A DNA stretch of 64,000 nt from positions 62,001 to 126,000 of the forward strand of contig CAXHJY010001477.1 of NCBI GenBank assembly GCA_964016885.1, in the 5' to 3' direction. Made by a program: the position numbers and the translations under genes. Position 1 is the first letter of the stretch, and each line of letters starts with the position of its first letter. The notes beneath the pieces are model-generated. The model was not told the origin of the DNA and made no database searches. It saw only the letters and a list, made by a program, of their open reading frames with translations. Source of the stretch: Eledone cirrhosa (taxonomy: Eukaryota). This document shows positions 26,651 to 40,600 of the stretch, piece by piece.

Positions 26651-29600
26651 GTATTGGTGTCATGATAAAATACACCCTGTACACCCTGTAAAGTGGCAGT
26701 GTTGGTATCATGATAGACTACACCCAGTACACTCTGTAAAGTGGTAGAGTTGGTGTCATGATAAAATACACCCAGTACACTCTGTAAAGTGGTAGTGTTG
26801 GTGTCATGATAAAATACACCCAGTACACTCTGTAAAGTGGTAGTGTTGGTGTCATGATATAATACACCCAGTACACTCTGTAAAGAGGTAGTGTTGGTGT
26901 CATGATATAATACACCCTGTACACCCTGTAAAGTGGTAGTGTTGCTGTCATGATATAATACACCCAGTACACTCTGTAAAGTGGTAGTGTTGGTGTCATG
27001 ATATAATACACCCTGTACACCCTGTAAAGTGGTAGTGTTGCTGTCATGATATAATACACCCAGTACACTCTGTAAAGTGGTAGTGTTGGTGTCATGATAT
27101 AATACACCCTGTACACCCTGTAAAGTGGTAGTGTTGCTGTCATGATATAATACACCCAGTACACTCTGTAAAGTGGCAGTGTTGGTGTCATGATATAATA
27201 CACCCAGTACACTCTGTAAAGTGGTAGTGATGGTGTCATGATATAATACACCCAGTACACTCTGTAAAGTGGTAGTGTTGGTGTCATGATATAATACACC
27301 CAGTACACTCTGTAAAGTGGTAGTGTTGGTGTCATGATATAATACACCCAGTACACTCTGTAAAGTGGTAGTGTTGGTGTCATGATATAATACACCCAGT
27401 ACACGCTGTAAAGTGGTAGTGTTGCTATCATGATATAATACACCCAGTACACTCTGTGAAGTGGTAGTGTTGGTGTCATGATATAATACACCCAGTACAC
27501 TCTGTAAAGTGGTAGTGTTGGTGTCATGATAGACTACACCCAATACACTCTGTAAAGTGGTAGTGTTGGTGTCATGATAAAATACACCTAGTACTCTCTG
27601 TAAAGTGGTAGTGTTGGTGTCATGATAAAATACACCCAGTACACTCTGTAAAGTAGTAGTGTTGGTGTCATTATATACTACACCCAGTACACTCTGTAAA
27701 ATGGCAGTGTTGGTGTCATGATATAATACACCCAGTACACTCTGTAAAGCGGTAGTGTTGGTGTCATGATATAATACACCCAGTACACTCTGTAAAGTGG
27801 TAGTGTTGGTGTCATGACATAATACACCCAGTACACTCTGTAAAGTGGTAGTGTTGGTGTCATGATAAAATACACCCTGTACACTCTGTAAAGTGGTAGT
27901 GTTGGTGTCATGATAGACTACACCCAGTACACTCTGTAAAGTGGTAGTGTTGGTGTCATGATATAATACACCCAGTACACTCTGTAAAGTGGTAGTGTTG
28001 GTCTCATGATAAAATACACCCAGTACACTCTGTAAAGTAGTAGTGTTGGTGTCATTATAGACTACACCCAGTACACTCTGTAAAGTGGCAGTGTTGGTGT
28101 CATGATATAATACACCCTGTACACCCTGTAAAGTGGTAGTGTTGGTGTCATGATAGACTACACCCAGTACACTCTGTAAAGTGGTAGTGTTGGTGTCATG
28201 ATATAATACACCCAGTACACTCTGTAAAGTGGTAGTGTTGGTGTCATTATAGACTACACCCAGTACACTCTGTAAAGTGGCAGTGTTGGTGTCATGATAT
28301 AATACACCCAGTACACTCTGTAAAGTGGTAGTGTTGGTGTCATGATAAAATACACCCTGTACACTCTGTAAAGTGGTAGTATTGGTGTCATGATAGACTA
28401 CACCCAGTACACTCTGTAAATTGGTAGTGTTGGTGTCATGATATAATACACCCAGTACACTCTGTAAAGTGGTAGTTTGGTGTCATGATATAATACACCC
28501 AGTACACTCTGTAAAGTCGTAGTGTTGGTATCATGATATAATACACCCAGTACACTCTGTAATGTGGTAGTGTTGGTGTCATGATATAATACACCCAGTA
28601 CACTCTGTAAAGTGGTAGGATTGGTGTCATGATATAATACACCCAGTACACTCTGTAAAGTGGTAGTGTTGGTGTCATGATATAATACACCCAGTACACT
28701 GTAAAGTGGTAGTGTTGGTGTCATGATATAATACACCCAGTACACTCTGTAAAGTGGTAGTGTTGGTGTCATGATATTATACACCCTGTACACTCTGTAA
28801 AGTGGTAGCGTTGGTGTCATGATATAATACACCCAGTACACTGTAAAGTGGTAGTTTTGGTGTCATGATATAATACACCCAGTACACTCTGTAAAGTAGC
28901 AGTGTTGGTGTCATGATAGACTACACCAAGTACATTCTGTAAAGTGGTAGTGTTGGTGTTATGATATAATACACCCAGTACACTCTGTAAAGTGGTAGTT
29001 TGGTGTCATGATAGACTACACCCAGTACACTCTGTAAAGTGGTAGTGCTGGTGTCATGATATAATACACCCAGTACACTCTGTAAAGTGGTAGTGATGGT
29101 GTCATGATATAATACACCCAGTACACTCTGTAAAGTGGTATTGTTGGTGTCATGATATAATACACCCAGTACACTCTGTAAAGTGGTAGTGTTGGTGTCA
29201 TGATATAATACACCCAGTACACTCTGTAAAGTTGTAGTGCTGGTATCATGATAAAATACACCCAGTACACTCTGTAAAGTGGTAGTGTTGGTGTCATGAT
29301 ATAATACTCCCAGTACACTCTGTAATGTGGCAGTGTTGGTATCATGATATAATACACCCAGTACACTCTGTAAAGTGGTAGAGTTGGTGTCATGATATAA
29401 TACACCCAGTACACTCTGTGAAGTGGTAGTGTTGGTGTCATGATATAATACACCCAGTACACTCTGTAAAGTGGTAGTGTTGGTGTCATGATATAATACA
29501 CCCAGTACACTCTGTAAAGTGGTATTGTTGGCGTCATGATATAATACACCCAGTACACTGTAAAGTGGTAGTGTTGGTGTCATGATATAATACACCCAGT

Positions 29601-32600
29601 ACACTCTGTAAAGTGGTAGTGTTGGTGTCATGATATAATACACCCAGTACACTCTGAAAGATGTAGTGTTGGTGTCACAATAAAATACACCCAGTACACT
29701 CTGTAAAGTGGTAGTGTTGGTGTCATGATATAATACACCCAGTACACTCTGTAAAGTGGTATTGTTGGTGTCATGATATAATACACCCAGTACACTCTGT
29801 AAAGTGGTAGTGTTGGTGTCATGATATAATACACCCAGTACACTCTGTAAAGTGGTAGTGATAGTGTCATGATATAATACACCATGTACACTCTGTAAAG
29901 TGGTAATGTTGGTGTCATGATATAATACACCCAGTACACTCTGTAAAGTGGTAGTGTTGGTGTCATGATATAATACACCTAGTACACTCTGTAAAGTGGT
30001 AGTGTTGGTGCCATGATATAATACACCCAGTACACTCTGTAAAGTGGCAGTGTTGGTGTCATGATATAATACACCCAGTACACTCTGTAAAGTGGTAGTG
30101 TTGGTATCATGATATAATACACCCTGTACACTCTGTAAAGTGGTAGTGTTATTGTCATGATAAAATAAACCCAGTACACTCTGTAAAGTGGTAGTGTTGG
30201 TGTCATGATATAATACACCCAGTACACTCTGTAAAGTGGTGGTGTTGGTGTCATGATATAATACACCCAGTACACTCTGTAAAGTGGTAGTGTTGGTGTC
30301 ATGATATAATACACCCAGTACACTCTGTAAAGTGGCAGTGTTGGTGTCATGATAAAATACACCCAGTACAATCTGTAAAGTGGTAGTGTTGGTGTAATGA
30401 TAAAATACACCCAGTACACTCTGTAAAGTGGTAATGTTGGTGTCATGATAAAATACACCCAGTACACTCTGTAAAGTGGTAGTGTTGGTGTCATGATAAA
30501 ATAAACCCAGTACAGTCTGTAAAGTGGCAGTGTTGGTGTCATGATAAAATACACCCAGTACACTCTGTAAAGTGGTAGTGTTGGTGTCATGATAAAATAC
30601 ACCCAGTACACTCTGTAAAGTGGTAATGTTGGTGTCATGATAAAATACACCCAGTACACTCTGTAAAGTGGTAGTGTTGGTGTCATGATAAAATACACCC
30701 AGTACACTCTGTAAAGTGGTAGTGTTGGTGTCATGATAGACTACACCCTGTACACTCTGTAAAGTGGTAGTGTAGGTGTCATGATATAATACACCCAGTA
30801 CACTCTGTAAAGTGGCAGTGTTGTTGTCATGATAAAATACACCCAGTACACTCTGTAAAATGGTAGTGTTGGTGTCATGATATAATACATCCAGTACACT
30901 TTGTAAAGTTGTAGTGTTGGTGACATGATATAATACACCCAGTACACTCAGTAAAATCGTAGTGTTGGTATCATGATATAATACACCCAGTACACTCTGT
31001 AAAGTTGTAGTGCTGGTATCATGATAAAATACACCCAGTACACTCTGTAAAGTGGTAGTGTTGGTGTCATGATATAATACACCCAGTACACTCTGTAATG
31101 TGGCAGTGTTGGTGTCATGATATAATACACCCAGTACACTCTGTAAAGTGGTAGAGTTGGTGTCATGATATAATACACCCAGTACACTCTGTAAAGTGGC
31201 AGTGTTGGTGTCATGATATAATACACCCAGTACACTCTGTAAAGTGGTAGTGTTGGTGTCATGATATAATACACCCAGTACACTCTGTAAAGTGGTAGTG
31301 ATGGTGTCATGATAAAATACACCCAGTACACTCTGTAAAGTGGTAGTGTTGGTGTCATGATAAAATACACCCAGTACACTCTGTAAAGTGGTAGTGTTGG
31401 TGTCGTGATAAAATACACCTAGTACTCTCTGTAAAGTGGTAGTGTTGGTGTCATGATATTATACACCCAGTACATTCTGTAAAGTGGTAATGTTGGTTTC
31501 ATGATAAAATACACCCAGTGTATTCTGTAAAGTGGTAGCGTTGGTGTCATGACATAATACACCCAGTACACTCTGTAAAGTGGTAGTGTTGGTGTCATGA
31601 TAAACTACACCCAGTACACTCTGTAAAGTGGTTGTGGTAGTGTCATGATATAATACACCCAGTACACTCTGTAAAGTGGTAGTGTTGGTGTCATGATATA
31701 ATACACCCAGTACACTCTGTAAAGTGGTAGTGTTGGTGTCATGATAAAATACACCCAGTACACTCTGTAAAGTGGTAGTGGTAGTGTCATGATATAATAC
31801 ACCCTGTACACTCTGTAAAGTTGTAGTGTTGGTGACATGATATAATACACCCAGTACACTCTGTAAAGTTGTAGTGTTGGTGACATGATATAATACACCC
31901 AGTACACTCTGTAAAGTGGCAGTGTTGTTGTCATGATAAAATACACCCAGTACACTCTGTAAAGTGGTAGTGTTGGTGTCATGATATAATACATCCAGTA
32001 CACTCTGTAAAGTTGTAGTGTTGGTGACATGATATAATACACCCAGTACACTCAGTAAAATCGTAGTGTTGGTATCATGATATAATACACCCAGTACACT
32101 CTGTAAAGTTGTAGTGCTGGTATCATGATAAAATACACCCAGTACACTCTGTAAAGTGGTAGTGTTGGTGTCATGATATAATACACCCAGTACACTCTGT
32201 AATGTGGCAGTGTTGGTGTCATGATATAATACACCCAGTACACTCTGTAAAGTGGTAGTGTTGGTGTCATGATATAATACACCCAGTACACTCTGTAATG
32301 TGGTAGTGTTGGTGTCATGATATAATACTCCCAGTACACTCTGTAAAGTGGTAGTGTTGGTGTCATGATAAAATACACCCAGTACACTCTGTAAAGTGGT
32401 AGTGTTGGTGTCGTGATAAAATACACCTAGTACTCTCTGTAAAGTGGTAGTGTTGGTGTCATGATAAAATACACCCAGTACACTCTGTAAAGTGGTAGTG
32501 TTGGTGTCATGATAAAATACACCCAGTACACTCTGTAAAGTGATAGTGTTGGTGTCATGATATAATACACCCAGTACACTCTGTAAAGTGGTAGTGTTGG

Positions 32601-32922
32601 TGTCATGATATTATACACCCAGTACATTCTGTAAAGTGGTAATGTTGGTGTCATGATAAAATACACCCAGTACACTCTGTAAAGTGATAGTGTTGGTGTC
32701 ATGATATAATACACCCAGTACACTCTGTAAAGTGGTAGTGATGGTGTCATGATATAATACACCCAGTACACTCTGTAAAGTGGTAGAGTTGGTGTCATGA
32801 TATAATACACCCAGTACACTCTGTAAAGTGGTTGTGGTAGTGTCATGATATAATACACCCAGTACACTCTGTAGTGGTAGTGTTGGTGCCACAATAAAAT
32901 ACACCCAGTACACTCTGTAAAG
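26651..32922. repeat. 48-bp satellite, ~130 units, derived from an RTE-type 3' UTR
   Basis: Unit GTGTTGGTGTCATGATATAATACACCCAGTACACTCTGTAAAGTGGTA aligns to the RTE 3'UTR at 13070-13125. The array exits into CATTAGGAATGATATCTAGCCGTAGAAAC. Confidence 0.96.
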
Positions 32923-33210
32923 TAATAGCCATTAGGAATGATATCTAGCCGTAGAAACGAATCCAAATATTTACCATATATGTGGCATGGTCCCCCAATA
33001 TGTCGAAGAAACAGTTTCAATTAAGTCTATAACATGTCACATTAATTACACCATGACAATCACACACACACACAATGACACTGACAATCACACAGACACA
33101 GTGAGTGAGGGAACAAAGCACAAATGTGTGTTATTGTATTTAAATGTGATTGTTAATGAAAGCTGCTATAAAATGAAATATAGTAGAGTATGTACTGACT
33201 GGCTTATAGG

Positions 33211-33228
33211 TTAACCCTTTAACATTTA
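33211..33228. mobile_element. Left terminus of the piggyBac-type element (TTAA|CCCTTTAACATTTA) that opens the 72-bp array
   Basis: TTAA followed by CCC. Inverted match to 13516-13529. Runs directly into the satellite (AACATTTACATTACTCT). Confidence 0.78.
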
Positions 33229-35912
33229 CATTACTCTATATATACTATTGTATTTTCACAGTAAAGGCTTTACCTCACATAACATTTACATTACTCTATA
33301 TATACTATTGTATTTTCACAGTAAAGGCTTTACCTCACATAATATCTCACGTAACATTTACATTACTCTATATATACTATTGTATTTTCACAGTAAAGGC
33401 TTTACCTCACATAACATTTACATTACTCTATATTTACTATTGTATTGTCACAGTAAAGGCTTTACCTCACATAATATCTCACATAACATTTACATTACTC
33501 TATATATACTATTGTATTTCCACAGTAAAGGCTTTACCTCACATAGTACCTCACATAACATTTACATTACTCTATATATAGTATTGTATTTTCACAGTAA
33601 AGTCTTTACCTCACATAATATCTCACATAACATTTACATTACTCTATATATACTATTGTATTTTCACAGTAAAGGCTTTACCTCACATAATATCTCACAT
33701 AACATTTACATTACTCTATATATACTATTGTGTTTTCACAGTAAAGTCTTTACCTCACATAATATCTCACGTAACATTTACATTACTCTATATTTACTAT
33801 TGTATTGTCACAGTAAAGGCTTTACCTCACATAATATCTCACATAACATTTACATTACTCTATATATACTATTGTATTTCCACAGTAAAGGCTTTACCTC
33901 ACATAGTACCTCACATAACATTTACATTACTCTATATATAGTATTGTATTTTCACAGTAAAGTCTTTACCTCACATAATATCTCACATAACATTTACATT
34001 ACTCTATATATACTATTGTATTTTCACAGTAAAGGCTTTACCTCACATAATATCTCACATAACATTTACATTACTCTATATATACTATTGTATTTTCACA
34101 GTAAAGTCTTTACCTCACATAATATCTCACGTAACATTTACATTACTCTATATTTACTCTTGTATTGTCACAGTAAAGGCTTTACCTCACATAATATCTC
34201 ACATAACATTTACATTACTCTATATATACTATTGTATTTTCACAGTAAAGGCTTTACCTCACATAGTACCTCACATAACATTTACATTACTCTAAATATA
34301 CTATTGTATTTTCACAGTAAAGGCTTTACCTCACATAATATCTCACATAACATTTACATTACTCTTTATATACTATTGTATTTTCACAGTAAAGGCTTTA
34401 CCTCACATAATATCTCACATAACATTTACATTACTCTATATATACTATTGTATTTTCACAGTAAAGTCTTTACCTCACATAATATCTCACATAACATTTA
34501 CATTACTCTATATATACTATTGTATTTTCACAGTAAAGGTTTTACCTCACATAATATCTCACGTAACATTTACATTACTCTATATTTACTATTGTATTGT
34601 CACAGTAAAGGCTTTACCTCACATAATATCTCACATAACATTTACATTACTCTATATATACTATTGTATTTTCACAGTAAAGGCTTTACCTCACATAGTA
34701 CCTCACATAACATTTACATTACTCTAAATATACTATTGTATTTTCACAGTAAAGGCTTTACCTCACATAATATCTCACATAACATTTACATTACTCTATA
34801 TATACTATTGTATTTTCACAGTAAAGGCTTTACCTCACGTAACATTTACATTACTCTATATATACTATTGTATTTTCACAGTAATGGCTTTACCTCAATA
34901 ATATCTCACATAACATTTACATTACTCTATATATACTATTGTATTTCCACAGTAAAGGCTTTACCTCACATAATATCTCACATAACATTTACATTACTCT
35001 ATATGTACTATTGTATTTTCACAGTAAAGGCTTTACCTCACATAATATCTCACATAACATTTACATTACTCTATATATACTATTGTATTTTCACAGTAAA
35101 GGCATTACCTCACATAATATCTCACATAACATTTACATTACTCTATATATACTATTGTATTGTCACAGTAAAGGCTTTACCTCACATAACATTTACATTA
35201 CTCTTTATATACTATTGTATTTTCACAGTAAAGGCTTTACCTCACATAATATCTCACATAACATTTACATTACTCTTTATATACTATTGTATTTTCACAG
35301 TAAAGGCTTTACCTCACATAATATCTCACATAACATTTACATTACTCTATATATACTATTGTATTTTCACAGTAAAGTCTTTACCTCACATAATATCTCA
35401 CGTAACATTTACATTACTCTATATATACTATTGTATTTTCACAGTAAAGGTTTTACCTCACATAATATCTCACATAACATTTACATTACTCTATATATAC
35501 TATTGTATTTTCACAGTAAAGTCTTTACCTCACATAATATCTCACATAACATTTACATTACTCTATATATACTATTGTATTTTCACAGTAAAGGTTTTAC
35601 CTCACATAATATCTCACATAACATTTACATTACTCTATATTTACTATTGTATTTTCACAGTAGAGGCTTTACCTCACATAATATCTCACATAACATTTAC
35701 ATTACTCTATATATACTATTGTATTTTCACAGTAAAGGTTTTACCTCACATAATATCTCACATAACATTTACATTACTCTATATATACTATTGTATTGTC
35801 ACAGTAAAGGCTTTACCTCACATAATATCTCACATAACATTTACATTACTCTATATATACTATTGTATTTTCACAGTAAAGGCTTTACCTCACATAATAT
35901 CTCACATAACAT
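33221..35912. repeat. 72-bp satellite array, ~38 units, with a 360-bp higher-order repeat
   Basis: Same unit. The marker ACATAGTACC recurs at 33541, 33901, 34261 and 34693. Confidence 0.97.
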
Positions 35913-36121
35913 CTCGTATACGAGAGACGTGTGTTGACGTGTGTGAACAAGCTCGGCTACCGAGTTGGATTTACTTACTCAAAAGTGAGTTTTGATTAAT
36001 TTTTTATACTGTAATATACGTTAACCCCTTGCCTTGGTCGTCAAACTTTGAGTTTATTTATTTTATCCCCTTTTTGGGGCGAATTTTACACTTAAAAATT
36101 TATTACGGCAAACTAATAGAA

Positions 36122-37668
36122 ATGGACGGAATTTTCACATCTCATCCTAATGAGAAAGCCACGCCCCCTAAGAAAGGTGATACAGAGAAGCTAGAAGCAC
36201 AAGGCTCTAAGTCTTCCCTCCTCACTTCTGCAAAAGAAACATGGAACACGGAATTAAAAGAAAAATTTGTAAAAATGGGTGAAAACCCAGAAAGTCACAT
36301 AAACGCAGACAAAAACAACAACGACAATAACAGCAATAGTCACAACACCAACCAAGGAAAAAATAACGATAACACCAAACAAAGCGAACCCACTACTGGT
36401 GCCTCCTTTGCACAGGCGGTCCGGAAAACACAAACCTGCAAGCAACTGGACATTACAACTCTGAGAGAAAAGATGAAGGAAGCGAAACAGTATGTAACTT
36501 TCAAAGAAGGAGGAGACTTCACAATCACCTCCCCACAAGAAATCAAAAGAGACACGACGCTAAGAACGATATCTTTCAGAACAATTTCCAACATAACAAG
36601 GAAACCAACTCAATTATCCCAAAAAGAGATTGAGCTGGTCCTAAAAAATGTGTGGGTACTAACAGGATTTTTAGAAGACGAGGACGGAATCCTCTCAGTA
36701 GGAGAAGTCACCACAGACGTTTTCGGCGGTTTGAGCGTGGAGGTTCTGGTCCAAATAAGACCAGAACGAATAGCTAGAATACCACAGAGGGTGTCCCTCG
36801 ATGGAGAAACATTTATATATATTTCAGCCGAGGGTAGGAGGCCCATATGTTACTACTGTTCAAGCAGGGGTCATCTAAGGGCTGCTTGTCCTCAATTGAC
36901 AAAAAAAAGGCTCTTTTGCCTACACCCCACACACCACCACCGCCACCACCACCACCACCACGACCTCCACCACCACCACCACAACAACAACAAAAACAAC
37001 AGGGAAAAATAACACAAGACACGGCCCCACCCAAAACAACTCCAAAAACACACACAAATACAACAAAACCCCAAAATACACCACTACCCGACAGCACGGA
37101 CAAGGACCCAGCGGAAACGGCACCTAGTGACGAAGAGGGGGAACCCTTCCAACCTGTAAAAAGGAAAAAAAGAAAGCACCACTCGAACATAAACGAAACA
37201 AACACACAACCACCAACAAAAACAAAACAAACAGAACAAACAAAATCCGCCCCACCCCAAAACATAACACATACAACAAAACGTAAGCACACACAAGAAC
37301 AACAAACAAACACAACACAAATAAAACAGTATACATACATTAACACAAATAACAAAGAACTAGTAAAAACAATACACAAAGACCCTTTGGTGGAAACTGA
37401 AGGGCAATTCTTTGCAAGCGCGGCCAACAAACCGCATTTAAAAATGATAAGACTCCCAATGGACACCTATGCAAAACTAAGAGAGAACTTTCCTGAGGAC
37501 GTGGGGAAAACATGTACTCGACCCTATAACCGCGTCCTCTTGAAACGTTTCCCCACCCACACCTCACCAAACACCCCCACTCCACCACAGAACAACACCC
37601 CACCAAACAACCCCTCCAATACGCCCATGGATATTGTGCAACCTGCTCCTCAGGAGCCGAACAGGTAG
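36122..37668 (+). pseudogene. Tx1 copy C ORF1 (zinc knuckle plus Pro/Thr/Lys-rich tail)
   Basis: MDGIFTSH start and CYYCSSRGHLRAAC. The frame changes at the A8 run (36901-36908). Contains a KRKKRK basic patch and stops 21 nt before the ORF2 ATG. Confidence 0.88.
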
Positions 37669-37689
37669 GTCCTTCCTCTTTTAACCAAC

Positions 37690-40600
37690 ATGGCTGATAT
37701 AAGAGTTGGGTGTCTGAATGTACGTGGCCTGGGACTGTCTTGGAAACAAGGCAAACTTTTAAACGATCTCAGGTCGCATAGAATGGATGTAATGGCTATT
37801 TGCGAGTCCAGGATCAGCAGCGAGCACCAACTGGCGCCCCTCTTCGACGACTTTGAGATCTTCGCATCTCTCTGTCAACCGGGGGGTGGGGGTGGAGTTG
37901 TCGTTCTGCTGCGAAAACACCTGGGCCTCGCCATACAGAAGGTGCACCTGGACCCGGAGGGTCGACTGGTGGTTTTAGACGTCGGCAGTAGTGAAAGTGG
38001 AGCCCTTAGACTAATAGCTGTGTACGCCCCTTTTGGGGCAGCGCGGCCGGAATACTTCCAACGTCTGGAAACTTTTCTGGGAACGTCCCGCTCCTTGCTT
38101 TTAGTGGGGGACTGGAATGGTATCCTGGATGCACGTTGGGACTATGTAGGGGCATGTGCCAATAGAGGGGGGGGGTGTAAAAGCCTCAAAAGGTTAATCG
38201 GCCGATTTGACCTGGCCGATAGATATCGACTAGATTTTCCGACTGTACCACTATGGACGTGGACCAATCGCAGTGGAACATCTAGGTCGTACCTAGATAG
38301 GGTCCTAGTTAGAGAGAACGATAGGGACACATTTAGCTGTCCAAAAATGTTCATGGTTGACTATTCGGATCACAAGTTAGTGACCTGCATAGCCAACCTT
38401 GATAGAACCCATAGACAGGGACCCGGTTACTGGAAGCTGAACTTGTCCTTACCGAGAAGCAAAGCTTACAGTAAACGGATTAGCACGTTAGTTAAGCAGA
38501 GTTTGACAGGGGCAATTGTCAACAACAGGTGGTGGAGCTCTCTTAAGAGAGCAATTAGAATAGAATCGATAGGTTTTAGTCAGGAATTAGCAAGGGATAG
38601 GAACAAGACGGAAAGGGAATTAGTAGATAGAGTAGAAGAGGCGATTAGGAGTGGCAATGTAGCCGGCGTGCTGGCATCAAGAATGGCCTTAGACCAGTTC
38701 TTTGAGGTGAAGCATGAAGGCTGCGTTGTCAGGAGTAAAATACGTGCTCTGGGTAATGAGGGAGCCAAAGCTGTGAGCTGGGCCCGAGTGACAGAGGCAA
38801 AAAGTGTGAACAAGTCCACGATTCGGTCTTTGAAGGACCAGGATGGGCGTGTGATCCTTGAACCTGGGCAGATGTGTGCGGCCTTTCAGCGGCACTTTGC
38901 ACGACTGTTCGAGAGGGGCGGCGCGCTGGGTGAGACTATGGATTTCAATCCATACCTCGACGGTCTGCCGCGCCTCTCGGACGCGGAGGCGAAGTCCTGC
39001 GAAAGGACGATTTCAGCTGCTGAGATAGGGGCGGCGCTGAGCCAATGCGGCAAACGCAAATCCCCGGGTCTCGATGGTCTACCATACGAGCTATATGTAG
39101 CGATGCCGGACTTGTTCTCCGATATCCTCGAAGCGGTCTACTGCAACTGGCAGCAGAACGGGAGAATTCCCAGTTCTGTGACCAAGGGCGTAGTTACGCT
39201 GGTGAGGAAGGATGAGAACAAGGGGGATGACATAAGTAACTTCAGGCCCATAACTCTGCTAAATACAGAGTTAAAGATTTTGGCCAAGGTGTTAGCGAAG
39301 AGGTTGGCGCTTGTCGTTGGAAACCTGGTGGGAGAAGCGCAGACATGCGCAATCCCGTCCAGGTCCATTCACGACAATCTCCACCTTATGCGATACATCA
39401 TAGAGAGGGTAGGGAATGAACCCGGCTTTGGTGGGGCCCTGATCAACTTGGATCAATCTAAAGCTTTCGATAGGGTTGACCATCGTTACCTGGATGCGGT
39501 GCTCGCGGCGGCAGGCTTCGGACCCGTTTTCAGGGGTTGGATTGCTGCGATGCACAGCAGCAACGTCTGCTCAAGGGTCAAGGTGAACGGCCACCTCTCG
39601 GAGCCGTTCCAAATCATGCGATCCATCCGACAGGGATGCCCTCTCTCCTCCCTACTGTATGTGCTGGCTCTTGAGCCACTACTTCGGAAGTTGGAGCGGT
39701 TGCAGGGCATCCCTTTGGAACCGGGATTGCAGAAAGCGGCGTCGGCCTACGCCGATGACGTGACAGTAATGGTGTCGAAAACCTCGCAAATCGGTGAGAT
39801 CGGCACCTTACTGGAGGAATATTAAAGGTTTACAGGAGCCAAACTGAACCGGGACAAGTCCGTCGGTTTGCAACTCGGAACATGGAGAGGCAAACCGATG
39901 CCCTCCAACGACGTCGTCGGACGCTGGACGGACGGCCCGGTGAAGCTGCTTGGGGTCTGGTTCGGACCAGACCTCCAGGTGGAGAAAAACTGGAACGAGG
40001 TAACGGCCAGGGTGTTTGCACTCACCCAGAAGTGGGCCCAGTGCAAACTATCCCTGAAAGGTCGAGCGGAGGTGGCGAATACTTATATAGCATCCGTCAT
40101 CTACTACCGCTTGACCGTCGTGCCTTGCCCAGTGAAAAGACTCGCCAAAATGGAGTGCGCGCTGTTCCAATTTCTTTGGAACAAGCGGACCCCTTTGGTG
40201 AGGAGATCCATCTGCTGTCAACACCCTTCGAAAGGAGGGCTGGGGATGCCGTGGCTACAGATGCGTAAACACGCATTAAGGCTACGGCACCTCCAGGTAT
40301 TCCTCACCGGTCAACCGGTGTGGGCCCCGTTTGTGAGGCGAGCCTTTCCCAGACTCGTCTCGCTCACCGAGCTGCAATCCTGGGTCAAGCAAAGACCGAG
40401 AAAAGTGGGCGACTGGCACATTGAATGTGCCCAGGCGCTCACGGCCCTCTGGAAAGCGGACCCGGCAATCAGTGGAGACTCCACCTCGACATTCTATAGA
40501 GGGTTGGTACGCAGCAGGTGCGACGATGCTCTCGGAGAAGCTCTAGGCATGGAGGAAGATGAACTGGCCAGTCTGTTCGGTAGGACGTTTGGCCCTGGAC

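Noticed and set aside
23638-32922. CRISPR-like appearance of the 24-bp and 48-bp repeats, and their periodic ORFs
   Set aside because: Units are contiguous with no unique spacers, there are no cas genes, and the context is eukaryotic.
23638-35912. Unit lengths of 24, 48 and 72 bp as a related multimer series
   Set aside because: The sequences are unrelated and have different inferred origins. Other arrays are 23, 49 and 61 bp.
33248-35995. 915-aa ORF and similar ORFs at 3459, 8983, 41350 and 47325
   Set aside because: These are translations of the 72-bp satellite. The unit is a multiple of 3 and is stop-free in two frames, with no sign of coding constraint.
36813-37466. Hydrophobic antisense ORFs in Tx1 ORF1 (also 42878-43453)
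   Set aside because: They are the reverse complement of an A/C-rich low-complexity tract, which lacks stops by composition.
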